Positions 12,303 through 25,617 of a DNA stretch of 64,000 nucleotides are shown here, in pieces (position 1 is the stretch's first letter; each line of letters begins with the position of its first letter). The stretch covers positions 3,100,001 through 3,164,000 of the forward strand of contig OZ176055.1 in NCBI GenBank assembly GCA_964247055.1, given 5' to 3'. A model generated the notes under the pieces. It saw only the letters and a program-made list of their open reading frames with translations. It was not told where the DNA came from and did not search any database. This stretch comes from Paragordius varius (Eukaryota; Animalia; Nematomorpha). A program made the position numbers and the translations under genes.

Positions 12303-15300
12303 TTATCCCAGCATAAGACCTATGCCTAGTCGAGAGGCAGCTTTTGCATGATTGAAAGCACCACTAAGGGTTAGCGTTAAAGGAAGGGGTGGACAAATTT
12401 TATGTTCTAACGTTGCGCCTAGCGTGCCATTCGTATCCAAATATGCTCTAAAAGTTACTATAGGTTGAGTCGCAAGACCTGGTGGGACTAAACCGCCTGC
12501 TTGCGCGGAACTTCCAAATGGGTTAGTTAAACTCCCTTCAGTTCCACCTCCGCCCGCGGGTAAATCACGAAATGATATTTGATATCTAATAGGTAGAGAG
12601 AGAGGTTTTAGCTTAATTTAGTGACGAAAAAACCTATGTGAAATATTAAGATTTGAGCATCTCAAAAAATTGTAAAAAATAATGATAATAGATGACTAAT
12701 AGGTAGATGTGCGTTAATCTTACAGCCAAAAATGCTGTAAATGGTTTTTTTTTCAAAAATTATTAAAGGATAGTAATAATGTGTGTTAACCCATAGTTGG
12801 TATAAATTATTAACGATATTTAATCTGTAGGTTTTAGTTAAAGTTTAGTGTCAAAAAAACTGAGTCAAAAATCGCTAATGAATAAGTACAGTGGTGATTG
12901 CCTAGTTTTGTTTTTCGTATACATTATATTTTTTAATTTATTTTGTAATTTTCAGCATGCGCATTCCTAAGCTCTAAAAGCTCATAATATGCATTGTTTG
13001 ACTAAAATAATAAAACTATAAACAATTATGCACGAACAATTTAAGAGATTTCGCTTAGAAATAATGAATGTTAACAAGCCCGAAACTAGTATATAAATAT
13101 TATTGATGAAATATGTTTACAATATTTTAGGTTTTTTAGTTTAAAATTATATAAATAGGATATTCTTTGAGATGGTTGTAATAATATAGTCGGCTGATAA
13201 AAAAATTATTACTAATTTTTGTATATTGATTACTGTTTATTTCTCCAATATGATCATAAAAAGTTTATTATATTCGTTATATGTAATTACTTTTACCATA
13301 ATTCAACTCAGGGGCGTCCAAGACAAATGGCTTGGTGGGCCGCATTTGATATATGAATTGGTATTTATTAATGATATATTAAAATTCAAACATATGACTG
13401 TAAAATACAAACACAAACATATTTTCTAGCTTGTTACTTATTGGATAGACTTTTTCAATACAAGATTTTGTGAGAAAAATTTTGTAAATTATGGATTTTA
13501 ATATTTTTCGCGTAACGCATGTTGAACAGCCTGACCAATCCTTTTTCGTATTAAATTCCCCATTTCAATATAAAAATGATATATAATTTCTTTAAACATT
13601 TAAAAATTAATATAAAATGATTTGTTTGCAGCTTTAAAATATTTTATAAATAAATTTAAGATATTTCATTAATATTAATAAATATACTACAGATTTTTAT
13701 AATTTTTAGTTAAACTACTGTGTGTGTGGGAAGGTGTTGTTCTAAACTTTAAACGATTATAACTTAAAAATTAGGAAACCTTATTTAAAAATGAAAAAAG
13801 TGTATAATGATCAATAGGAGCTAATTAATATATTTATTATAAAAAGTTCATTGTCTTAAATAAATGAGGAAAAAAATTATAAAAAAATATACTCACCCAA
13901 GCATAGCAACACTTTCCCCAAAAGCCGGATTGGTTTCAACTTCACAACCAACTTGAATAGATGTTGTCCTCGCTGCTAAAGATGATTCATCCATCACATG
14001 TGATAGAGCATTCGAAGGCGGCGCATTTTCCAGCATTACTAAAAACGCAATCCAAATAGGAAAAATTTTGTTAAATTTAGACACTTGTTTTTGTCAAAAA
14101 CCATTAACTTAGTAATCTACAATTAAAATATTTTTATAGGCAATTTTTGTTGTTCACACGAGTTAAAATAGATTAAAATATATATCAAGCATCAATTTAT
14201 AAATTCGCAAAAGTGTATAAAATGTGTATGAACCTGTTTTATGTAAGCTTAAGCTTTCACTTTTAACGTACGATTTATATTTTAAATTAACTTAAAATTT
14301 ATATTACTAAATATTAATATTTGATTACTAAAAACTATACTTAGTTGGCTGGTCAAAAAGGGCAAATGTATAAAGTTTAAGACAAACAATGTTTAAAATT
14401 CAAAAATTACAATTATAATAAAAAACATATATCGTGTTCCACTCATCTGAAAAAAAAACAAAATAAAATAATTTACTCAATTGAATATGTTAATTTATAT
14501 GTATTATAGCGAATGAGCAAAATTTTAAACAAGTTTAAAAATTAAAAAAAAAAAACAAAGATATCGGCGTAAAATAAGTGGTACAATAAAATAAAATTAA
14601 TATATCGAATCCAAATTTTCGCCAAAATTAAAAAGATATAGACGTGAATTAGTAAATATATTAAATTGAATATAAAAAATGGAGAATTTTTTCAAAATAT
14701 ATTTGAAACATAAATAGTATATAATCAAACTTTTATCAGTAGATTGATGTTTTGAATCTGGGTTGGTGTGATGTATGAGCAATGAAGAATTTAAGTTTCG
14801 ATATTTATCTAAATCGTGCCAATAACTAGCTTTAAGACCAGCTGATCCGAAAGAACCCGATGCCACATAGTTTAAGCCTTAAAAGTTAGGTAAAATTACA
14901 GTAAGGTATGATATAAAACAACAAATGGTTGCAGCCTTCTACTCAAAAATTTATCTTTTTAACAATTATGAACAAACTAAATTTAATACGATATGCTAAT
15001 GTAAAAAATTGGCAGATTAAAATGATAAATTTTCTTTGACGCTCTCTCACTATAGTTCAATTTTTTTCAAAAAACGGTTCGGTTCCAGAATATAATTTTA
15101 CCAAATATTTATAATTTCGGTTGAATTAAAAAATTACAAATGACTAAATAGCCACAAAAATTAAATGTATGCTACTTTTGAAAATCACTAGATAAAATTG
15201 TGACTTAAATAATCTCGAAATAATAAAAATATAATAAAAAATTAATTTAAAGATCCATTTCAAACAGCGATTCCGGTCACCCAAAAAAAATTATGTCAAA

Positions 15301-17540
15301 CAAAAAAACCAAATTGCCCTACATAAAACTTGCATAAAGAAATATCCCTCTTAAACTTGTGAAACTTAATCAGAAAAAGAAATAATCCAAAAACTGTCGA
15401 CAAACAAATAAAATAAAAACCAGTAAATCGCGCAGCTAAACTCAACATTGCATTGTGTTTGGGCATGGCGGCTCCACTCATTGGCCCAAAAGGGGACATC
15501 ATAAAACTGCTGGCCCCACCTGAACTAGCTTCTGGACTCCTGACAAAATAAAAATGAAAAATATTTCATGCCATCTATATAAAAAAATTGGGACATCGGT
15601 TTCAATTAAATTTATGCGTCATTAATTATAAATTGTAGTTTTGAGAAGTTTCACATCAAACTATTTGATCGCCATTTATAATGTATAAATTTTTACTAAG
15701 TTTTCCTACATATAGTTTGTTTTTTGTCAAATTTGAGGAAGAATAAATACAGCAGAAGTAACACGGATAAAATGGCTAAAATCCAATTTTAAATATGAAT
15801 ATTTTATCCAATTCATAAATATATATATATTTGGATATTGTTTACGCTGAAGTGTGATTGTATTATTATATATGGAATCAATCAGCAAAAATTATATAAT
15901 TTATTATAATATAATATTTCGATTACTACAAGTAATCATTAAATATTTTTACTTTATAATTTAAATTTTAGTTTATATTTTAATTTTATTTTTACGTTTG
16001 ACAAAGATTACTTGTGGTAATCGAAATATTATATTATAATAAATTATATAATTTTTGCTGATTGATTCCATATATAATAATATATTTATTTATTTAGTTA
16101 ATAATAGGTAAGAAATGCAAAAATTGTTCAATCAAAATTATGTGAGTCTTTAAAAGCTACTTTAATTTAGTATTTACTTATTTTTTCGATTTTTAGTGTA
16201 GATAGATATATACATACCTATGGTACATAAGTTCCGTCCCTAGAGCAAATCGCGGTGTTATATTGTGCAAATATTGCGCAACTAAGATGCCAGAGGTGAG
16301 ACTTGAAAGGAAAGATGTGTCCTTGGACATGAGTTGTTTAGTTGAAATATTTGGGCTTAGCGTTACTGAAGCCGTGTAATCGGAAGTTCGGAAATCAGCA
16401 CTGAATTGATTTGCAACCATTTTATGGTTTTGAATCTGTAGTAAGAAATTTAAAATATTTTAAAATAATCTGTTGAAAAAAACTTAAACCTAAAATTTGA
16501 GATACACCAGAAACATTAAATACTCTATGTTAAAAAAATAACATATATTATCAACCAAGGTTTTTGAATATTTTTGGGTAATAAATTTCACATGAAAAAA
16601 TTTCATAAAGTAATGAAATATACCAATATTAAAAGTGAAAATAATTTAGTACAAAATATCAGCACATAATTGGTTAGCAAACATTTCATGGCTTTGACCC
16701 TTAATTCCCAATTAAAAAAATATTGTAAAATCTTCTTGCAATTTGACTAAAATCATAAATTAAATCTAGCAAAGATGATTTCCATTGTATAGTTATTAGT
16801 CTATGGAAAAAATATTTATTTAAAAAATTGGATGTTTCACGTATTAAAAATTAATGCAGATAAATAATCTTTTAATATTGATTTTATTAATAATAGCTTA
16901 TAAAAAATGGAAAAATTTAACAAAACATAATTTTTAATATTAACAATTCGCTCAAACACTTATTTTTTGATCGAAAATCGGTTCCGAAAAAAGATGAGTC
17001 AGATAATTTGATAAAAATATAAAATAAATGTTTTTGGGATATTTTTAATACCTAATAGAATATAACAAATAAAATAAATTGATTTTGCTAAAACCTGAGA
17101 TATAAGTTTGTATCTAATTTGTTCGTGTGGCTGATGTATGATTTGAGCATTTAAATTTCCGTTTATATCCATGTCACCCAAAAATACCGGGAAAGCCTGG
17201 TATAAAATAAAAAATTACCTCATAGGGAGAATATTGTTTACTTCCAACATAAGTAGCACCAAACCTATAACCTGGATTTAAATTTCCAACTGAAAGAGTA
17301 TGAGAGACTTGAAAATGATTGCTTAATCCTTTGTTTATTAATATTTTAACACCCTCGAATGTCATTGGAAATACGTCTTAAATAAAGAATTATAAAACCT
17401 TTACATTTTCGATGCATCTCCTCATAAGTACCGGGATTTTGAGAGAAATCTAGTTTAGATCTGAGATGATGATCTTTGTCCTCCTCTAACACATTTGCCG
17501 TCGGGGACTCCGTAATAGTTGCAGCAAGCACGTTTCCCAT
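12303..17540 (-). CDS. TOMM40: Mitochondrial import receptor subunit TOM40 (8 exons, about 436 aa)
   Basis: Exons 17540-17399, 17376-17219, 17196-17095, 16435-16218, 15539-15421, 14877-14731, 14038-13897, 12585-12303 total 1311 nt in frame. Motifs: MGNVLAA, NPGTYEEMHRKCKDVFP, FEGVKILINKGLSNHFQVSHT, YRFGATYVG, GDMDINGNLNAQ, GILVAQYL, LGATLEHKICPPLPLTL, LGIGLMLG*. The exon 7 acceptor has an in-frame alternative near 14082. Confidence 0.93.
13309..13533. mobile_element. hAT-like MITE, family A copy 2 (inverted, in TOM40 intron)
   Basis: caggggcgtccaagacaaatggcttggtgggccgc matches the reverse complement of the 6090-6126 end; the other end is gttgaacagcctg. Confidence 0.5.
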
Positions 17541-17666
17541 ATAGAACCGAATTAAAAAAACAAACTTGGGACAAAAAAAGTTAACCGAAAATAATTTATA
17601 TTTTTAAAAAATTATTTATAAAATTATTTAGTGCAACACATCTGAATTTTCAAACATGCTTTTGTG
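17541..17666. promoter_or_regulatory. Putative bidirectional promoter/5'UTR region between TOM40 and ACBD3
   Basis: 126 bp separate the divergent ATGs at 17540(-) and 17667(+). Inferred from geometry only. Confidence 0.55.
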
Positions 17667-20600
17667 ATGGTAGCAAACGTAGACGAATTCGATCTGGAAA
17701 ATTGCGACAAGGATGCGTTGTTTCATTTGGGCATCCGATTCTACAGGGGTTTATTGTATTTTGATTTTTTAGAGAAAAAATTAGGGAAGGCTGTAAACTT
17801 AACCTATCAAGATAATCTCAAACTTATGTCACTTGTTAAACAAGGTTTACATGGTCCATTTGACTCGAAAACCGCTCCTCCTTTGGGCTATTTTGACGTT
17901 ATTGGAAATCATAGAAGGTTAAAACAAATTTTAATTTGATTTAGGGAAGCATGGAAGTTATTAGGCGACATGTCCAAGGAAAAGGCAAAAGAAGAATATC
18001 TTTCCATTTTAAAGGACAAATGTCCCACATTCCTACCCTATATTGCGGCAAATAGCCTCTATCTCTCGACAAAAAATAAGTATATTATATTTTTTAATTT
18101 ATTAAAAGTTACAAAGAATCGCAATACAATGGCATAGCAGATGAACCATTGGAATCAAGATTTTTGGACGATAATGATAATACACCCAAAACGAATGGAT
18201 TAAACTGGTAATTATAGAAAAATTGCTTTTTTAAACTTAAGACTTTTTACATTTATACATATATATATATATATTAACGCGTTACAAATCGATAAATTTT
18301 ATTTATATGTAATCCTACTAATATATATTACCTACCTGTCTAACTAATCATAGTATATCCAAATTATTTATAAGCTATTATAATATTATATTTTTTCAGT
18401 CAAGATATGACGATGGTTTATTCAGATAACGCCTATTTTACTCAACAAATTTTCCCACAAATTCAAGCTTATGCCGCTACACTTTACCCTAATAATGAAA
18501 TGCATCAAAAACTGTTGATTGATCATTTATCTGCACAGTTTTTTCAGAACCTTCAATTACTTAACAATAACTCAAATAATAGTTCTGAAACCCCAAATTC
18601 TATTCCAGAAAAATCTGAGGCCCAGAACATTGAATTGAATAGCAACAAAACAGCTGATTCAGCTAATGGTCACAGTTCCCATTATGTTAATGAACCCCTA
18701 AATATGAATAATAGCGATATGACTAAAGGTAAAGATAATTTGGATGAAAATCAGCACTCTACATTTCTTCAAACGGATGGAATTGAAAATGTTGTCACAT
18801 ACGAAGGTAAATCTGAATTTTTTTATTTTCAAAATTTTTTTTGTGATATAATTACAGAATTAGTGGTCTTTGAAATGTGAAGTGGAATATATAATATATT
18901 ATCTATATTTTTAAACTTTATTTTTACAAAAAAAGGTTGTATTTAGCAGCGTTGGGATTCAATAGAGATTTAAATGAAATTTGGTTTTTCCGGGAGTTGT
19001 TTGATTAATTATTTCTTGATAAAAAAATGTTTACATATTTTCATGGTTTAATTAAAAAATAAGAGAATTTAAATAAGTTTGTAAGCTGAGACATATATGT
19101 ATTATGAGAAAAGTCAAGTTTTGGTTTTTTAAGATTGTTTAAATTTAGTTTTTAACAATTGTTAGTGATATGTTTGTGATATGAGTGTTTAAAACTGCGC
19201 TGGATAGCTATAAAATATTGGCAATATGATTAGGAGAGTGGACTTAGTTGTATTTAATGATTTCATGAAAAATACTTTATTTTTCGATTTTATGGAATAT
19301 TTAACTAACGAAAAAGGGGTGAGTGGGTCATATTTGTAATATGATTACAAAAAGTCAACATTATGGTTTTTTTCAAGGTAGTTTTTATTTGATAGTTTAA
19401 TAAACCTTTGGTTATATATGTGTGTGTTTGTATAATGATGAATGTTTAAAAACGCTGTCCAGATATAAAATATATGTGATTGGACAAAAAATATTTGGTT
19501 TTGTTTGAAGATATAAATTTCATGAACAATGTTTGATATTGAGTAATTACAGTATGCATTTTAATGGTTGCTTATTCCACACTATAGTTGAATAATTTTC
19601 AACACAATACTGTATGGAAAAAAACAACAATATGTTCATTAAACAATTTTTTCTTGTTTTTCCATACCTTCTTGTGTTTCAAATTGCCCAAATATAGTGT
19701 GAAATAAGCAACCATTAAAATGCATTCTACAATTAGATTTAGGTAAATGGTAAGCTTGTTATATCATTTATAAAGTGAGAATGTAATTCTATGATTTAAT
19801 TTTTCTTATTATTCGTGTGTTTGAAAGAGTGGGTGAGTTAGCAAATTTATCTAAATTTTGTTTTTTATTTAAATTTTGTAGTGTTTGTAACATATTGTAT
19901 ATGGAGATGTTGGGAACATATTTTTTTCTTGTCCTTCTAAAAACTATAATAACCCAATTTTATCATCTAATTTGTGACAAATTATTAATCCTTATAAAAT
20001 TATACAATTTTGTCCGACGAAACGTTCAATTTAAATTACTACGCTGTTTTATTTGATACTTTTTTTTTATAAAAAAAAAATTTGCCTGTTTATATATTAT
20101 TCAATCAGGTCTAGAAAAATTATGCTCTACAATTTTTTATTTTATTTTACTATAGTTGGTGGTGCAATCGAACCGGCCACAATTTGGTTTAAAACGGATG
20201 ATTTGAAATCATTCAAACAGGACGTAAAACAAAATCACGCTGAATGTATGCTTAAAATAGGCCATGGCGAGACTGTTACGGTATATATATATATATTTTT
20301 TCTTTAACATGTAACATTTGTTTTGTTAAATTAAAAAATGATTTGTAATTGATATATATAACGCTTTTTACAAGAGTTTTGATAAATTTTAATTGGGACA
20401 TATTTTAATTCAGATCAATTTTATTTACAATTTTAATATGTTTATGTTTAAACTTTTTTAGCACTATATAATTTTCATTACCGATTGTATTTTGTAGTTT
20501 TTTAATGCTAACTATTAATTTGATGTTGATTTACTAGATATTAGTAAAATATTTAAACATTTATTATTCATTATCGTGATCGAGAATGATTTTACTGATT

Positions 20601-23590
20601 TGTCTGAAAAATTGCATGTTACAACATATAAATATAGAGCATTAAATCAAGGATTAATGTGAATTTAAATATTACTTTTTTGTCACTATTTACGGTAAAA
20701 AATGTAAATATACAAACGCAAAAATATAAAGACAATTTTTTTCATAAGTCAACCATACTTTTTAAACCTTACTTTATCATATAAAAATCATTTAAATACT
20801 ATCGTAAAATACATAATTGATTGACCTATTCACATCTCTATTTTTAACTTTACAGTTTAAAACAATACGTTATATCTGAAAAAAATCGATATTAAAAAAT
20901 CTGTTTGTCTTTATAATATTTTTACGTTTTGTCTGTACAATTTCAATTTTTACTATATCTAATTTTAAGATTATTGGAATGATATTAGTTGAAAAAATAA
21001 CTCATCCATATTTTGATATAGATCAGGGTTCCTACCCATTCGAATGGTAGTGCGCTGTTTTGGGAATTCGCTACAGACTCATATGATATTGGTTTTGGTG
21101 TTTTCTTTGAATGGTGTACACCTTACACTGATAAAATTAGCGTTTACATTTCCGAATCAACTACGGCCAGTGAGGAGGATGAAGAGTTTGATATTGAAGG
21201 TTTGATTAGTTTTTTTCAAAAAAAGTATTTTTATTGTTTTTAAAGTTGGAATTATAATTTAGCTCTAATTGAATTATTGAAGGGTGAATTTTCGATTATT
21301 ATATGTAATCTTTGTCAAATGTTAAAATATAATTAAAAATTGAACTAAAAATGTTTTTAAAATTTTTCTTCAATTTGATTCGTTTTACCACTATATTATT
21401 GTTTTCTACATTTTTTCATAACATTTATTCGACAGATTTATTATGAAACTATTGAAATTTTAACAAAAATTAAACATATTTTTTTGGTATAACCCATTTA
21501 TTTACAATACTTAACTTATCCTATCTGCACAAAAAAGTAACTTATTGACACTTAAATATTTTAATTTTAAAGTTTAAGTTGTACTAACCTCAAACAAACA
21601 AATATTTTAACCCCAATTCATTTAAAATAGTTTTTTTACTTTTTTTTCTTATTTTATGCAAAATTAATTTTATTATTTAGATGTAGACGACGATGAACAT
21701 CATTTGAGTAAAGAAAATGCTTTACCAGTTGTACAAAATAATATTTCAACCCCAGAATACAGCGTTTCAGAGGATCCTGAAATGGGCTTACCTGCTAAAA
21801 CTAGCAACGCTTTCCTTGGTTCGCACAATACCACTACTCATCACAATAATAACAAAAATAAAATGAAATCTAATAAGCAAAATCATTATTCAATTGCCCA
21901 AAGTCAACATTTGAATGAAGGTTAGTTAGTTTTGCCTAATGTGATAGAGTTTTGAAAAATATTTCTTGATTATTAATTAAAGATTAATTTAAGATATGCT
22001 TTTTTTCGTGAAATGGATAACAAAATTAAATTATACGCATCGTAATTATTTTTTAAATGTAAAATTGATCCCATTCGAATCTAAAATTAAATTTTGAAAA
22101 ATATTGAATAAGAAAATAAAATTAAATGAAAATTGGTTTTTGTCTACAATTTTAACAAATTAATTTTCACACCTTAATGATTATTATTTTTTATCCATTT
22201 TTCCGTCTAAATAAGATAAAAGTCTGTATTTTATAAATCCTTTTTATATATTTTTTAGATGTTTCATACTAACAAATATATGTGAAAAAAGTAGTATTTA
22301 ATATTAGACTTTAATTGTAAATTAAAGGACATTTTTACACTCTTTCTTTTCTGGTTATTTTTGAATTAAAACAATCAATATAAAATTGTTATCTTACATT
22401 TTTTTACTTTTTTAGATATGACCTAACGCTGTTTTTATTAGAAATAGTATTTGTCGATATCAGTATATATAAGTGTGTAATTTAATGGTTGCTTTTCACA
22501 CTATAATAGGGAAATTTGCACCACACTAGTGTATGGAAAAACAGCAAAATGTCCAATAACAATTATTTTATTCTTATTTCCATACATTTCTGTGTAATTG
22601 CCCTACTATAGTGTGAAACCATTAAAATGCATACTGTATACATAACGTGAAATGCATCTTTTATCACATGTCAGGAAAAATATTTTAATTCCTATAATTT
22701 TTTCTTATTTTTAAGATCCTCTCCTAATTTCGATTTTGGGAAGAAAATATGGCTTATATCATTCATTACAAAAGAATCCCATTTTTTAAAATAGCTATTT
22801 TTTTAATTTCTATCGCTAAAAACACCCAAGAATCACAATACATTTTTGTAATACAGTAGCGTGTGTGTAAAACAAATTTTTTCCACAATTAAATATACAA
22901 ATCTAGGTTGTAAGAGCGGAAGCAATTGTTTAATCAACATTTTGTTGTTTTTACCCATATACTAGCGTATTACAAATTGGCCAACAATATTGTGACTAGG
23001 CCAGCATTAATGTTCATACTGTAAAATATTATGTGAAGGTTTCATCTATATAATAGTTTTGTAAACATTTGATAGTTCCTTATACAGTATGCATTTTAAT
23101 GGTTGCTTATTTAACACTATAATCGGCAATTTGCAACACAGTAGTGTATGGAAAAAAACAACAATATGTTGAATAAACAATTTTTTACTTTCTTTTTCCA
23201 TACATTACTGTCTTGCAAATTGTCCTACCATAGTGTGAAATAAATAACCAATAAAATGCATATACTGTGTTTCATACCAATTTTTCTTTTTTAATAAAAC
23301 ACCCCTATTTAGATTATTCTAGAACATCGTCCCCTTCAACCCTTAGCCATACCAGTCTAGTTTTACCTGATAAAATAAATTCAAATGATGACCACCCCAA
23401 AAATGAAAATCCAACAAATTTACCCCTAATTGATGTCATAGTACCGTTGGAGAGACGAGATTGTCATGTAAAAATTTGTGCTGGTTCCCATCCCTACCCA
23501 GGTCAAGGGGTATACTCCCTTAAATTTGATAACTCATATAGTTTGTGGCGAAGTAAATGGTTATACTACAAGATATATTACACAAAATGA
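17667..23590 (+). CDS. ACBD3: Golgi resident protein GCP60 / acyl-CoA-binding domain-containing 3 (ACB + GOLD; 8 exons, about 570 aa)
   Basis: Exons 17667-17917, 17945-18079, 18109-18207, 18400-18806, 20156-20280, 21022-21199, 21681-21920, 23313-23590 total 1713 nt in frame. ACB domain: [21 protein letters not shown]...[35 protein letters not shown] domain: GHGETVTIRVPTH...[20 protein letters not shown]...RRDCH...[35 protein letters not shown]. Confidence 0.93.
19550..19729. mobile_element. Tc1/mariner-type MITE, family B copy 1
   Basis: About 180-bp near-palindrome: (TA)CAGTATGCATTTTAATGGTTGCTTATT...AATAAGCAACCATTAAAATGCAT. Four copies in the window. Confidence 0.75.
22461..22636. mobile_element. 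Tc1/mariner-type MITE, family B copy 2
   Basis: Same core (aatggttgc...cacactat...gtatggaaaa...ttccatac...atagtgtgaa...accattaaaatgcatactg-TA); left end degenerate. Confidence 0.7.
23085..23267. mobile_element. Tc1/mariner-type MITE, family B copy 3
   Basis: TA-cagtatgcattttaatggttgcttatt...aataaataaccaataaaatgcatatactg; ends about 45 bp before the last ACBD3 exon. Confidence 0.75.
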
Positions 23591-23750
23591 AATGAATGCA
23601 AAAAGATTTTTTTCTATACTTAAATTCATAAATTCTGTGTGCTCTTTTTATTAAAATCATAATTTTTTACATAAAAATGAAAAAAAGTGATATACTGGGA
23701 TAATATTTATAACTGTTATTGTATTGAAAAATTTGCTTTAAAATAATATA

Positions 23751-23931
23751 CAGTATGCATTTTAATGGTTGCGTATTTCACACTATAGTTGGGTAATTTG
23801 CAACAGACTAGTGTATGGAAAAAACAACTAAATGTTAAATAAACAATCTTTTTCTTTCTTTTTTCTGATACACTCCTGTTGCAAATTGCACTACAACAGT
23901 GTGAAATAAGTAACCATTACAATTCATACTG
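23751..23931. mobile_element. Tc1/mariner-type MITE, family B copy 4
   Basis: TA-cagtatgcattttaatggttgc...accattacaattcatactg-TA; starts 160 bp downstream of the ACBD3 stop. Confidence 0.75.
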
Positions 23932-25617
23932 TAAATTTTTCATACGAAATAAGTGTTTAAATTATAAAAGAAATGGAAAATTTTTTTGGGAATGCAACAT
24001 ATTATGAATAAAATTTTACACATCGTATGGGATTTATATTCATTTAATTGTACAAAATATCAGGCATATTATAATTTTTTTATTTAAATACATCAACACC
24101 AAATATTTCTGGTTTCATTTTTGTGATATTAAAATTGATTTCATATAATTTTCATGAGTATATACGATAAAAAACCTATCTGTGTATATTTATATTTAAT
24201 TGATTCATATTTTATTTAATTTATAGATATATTATGGTTACAAACAACTAAACAAAATATTTTAGATATCACAATTTGTCATTTATTTAATTTTTGCAAA
24301 GGTGTAAAATATTTGGATATAAGTTTTTTATAGATAATTTCAAAATATTATATGTATATATTTTATACATTTACCAGTGATGATAGCCAAAACACTATGA
24401 TTTTTACATATAATTAATTTTTTTTACCTGTTTTATGCTATATGATTTTGCCGAAAGGATAAATATAATATCTGTCAAATTACCAAAAAATGACCATATC
24501 CTACACACTAGATTTATCAACATTCATATAATATTATAAATATAATTTTTTTATTATTCTACATTTATTTCTACGATATAGTATGTATTATTTAAATTTT
24601 TATTATGTCAATTTTTGTTATAATAAATTATATATGGGATAATATGTTATTATATTAAATTGTATTTTTTGTAAAAAATGGCTAAAAATTTAATTGAAAA
24701 AATAAAAAGAATAATTTACCATTTCTTTTTACATTATATAAATATCTGATTTAACAATTAAACCCGAACCGTTACAAATTGTATATTATAGAGTTTTAAT
24801 ATTTAAACAATAGACAGAAATGTTAATATACTCATAAAAATCTTTGAATAGTAGTAAAATTTATTATAGGGTCTAATATTTGGTCATAGAAAATTAAAAA
24901 TTTTATTAAATACTGCGGAAATGGCCTATTAAGGAAAAAATTTAAATTATATTATTGATTCCCAAATATTTGCCATGCACATTGGTAGGAAATTTTTTTA
25001 ATCAAGAATATATATTTTTTATTTTTAGTTGAGTCTTTGACACTCACAATGCTTTTTGACAAAATTTGGGAATGAATAAAATAGTTTTTTTACAACAATC
25101 TCCACATCATTTACATTACCAGACACTTGTCATTATAACAATAATCTGAAAATAATTCCATCAACATAATGGACTTTTACCATAATAAATTAACGAACTC
25201 ACCGATTTCTACAGATGGTCTTAATTTTGAGCTAAAAAATAGTTTTTAAATAGTTGATACAACCAAGACTCAAGATTCGCTGTAGGATACGGTCTGGTTG
25301 TAAACGCTATAAAAATAATTTAAAAAGTAATATTTTTTGGTTTAGACTTGGTCAACAAAATTTTTTCGATGGAATATGGATTTATTTTATAAATATCACA
25401 TAATATATTCTCATGGGTAGAAATACATAATTTTGATAAATACACAGATATTTGTTGCGTTATCATCAGCTATAAAGTTGTAATACTGTTTATCTGATTC
25501 CGTTTATGACATTGTAATAGTTATGAATTAATACACACCCAAAAACATTTTGAAAAACCAAAAATAAAATTATTAACAAAAACTGCAATTTTGAGCATAA
25601 TTATCCTTTAAAAACAT

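Noticed and set aside
24900-25560. Possible small gene between the ACBD3 and ETFB 3' ends
   Set aside because: Some GT..AG pairs and short frames exist, but every assembly I tried hit stops and no motif was recognisable.
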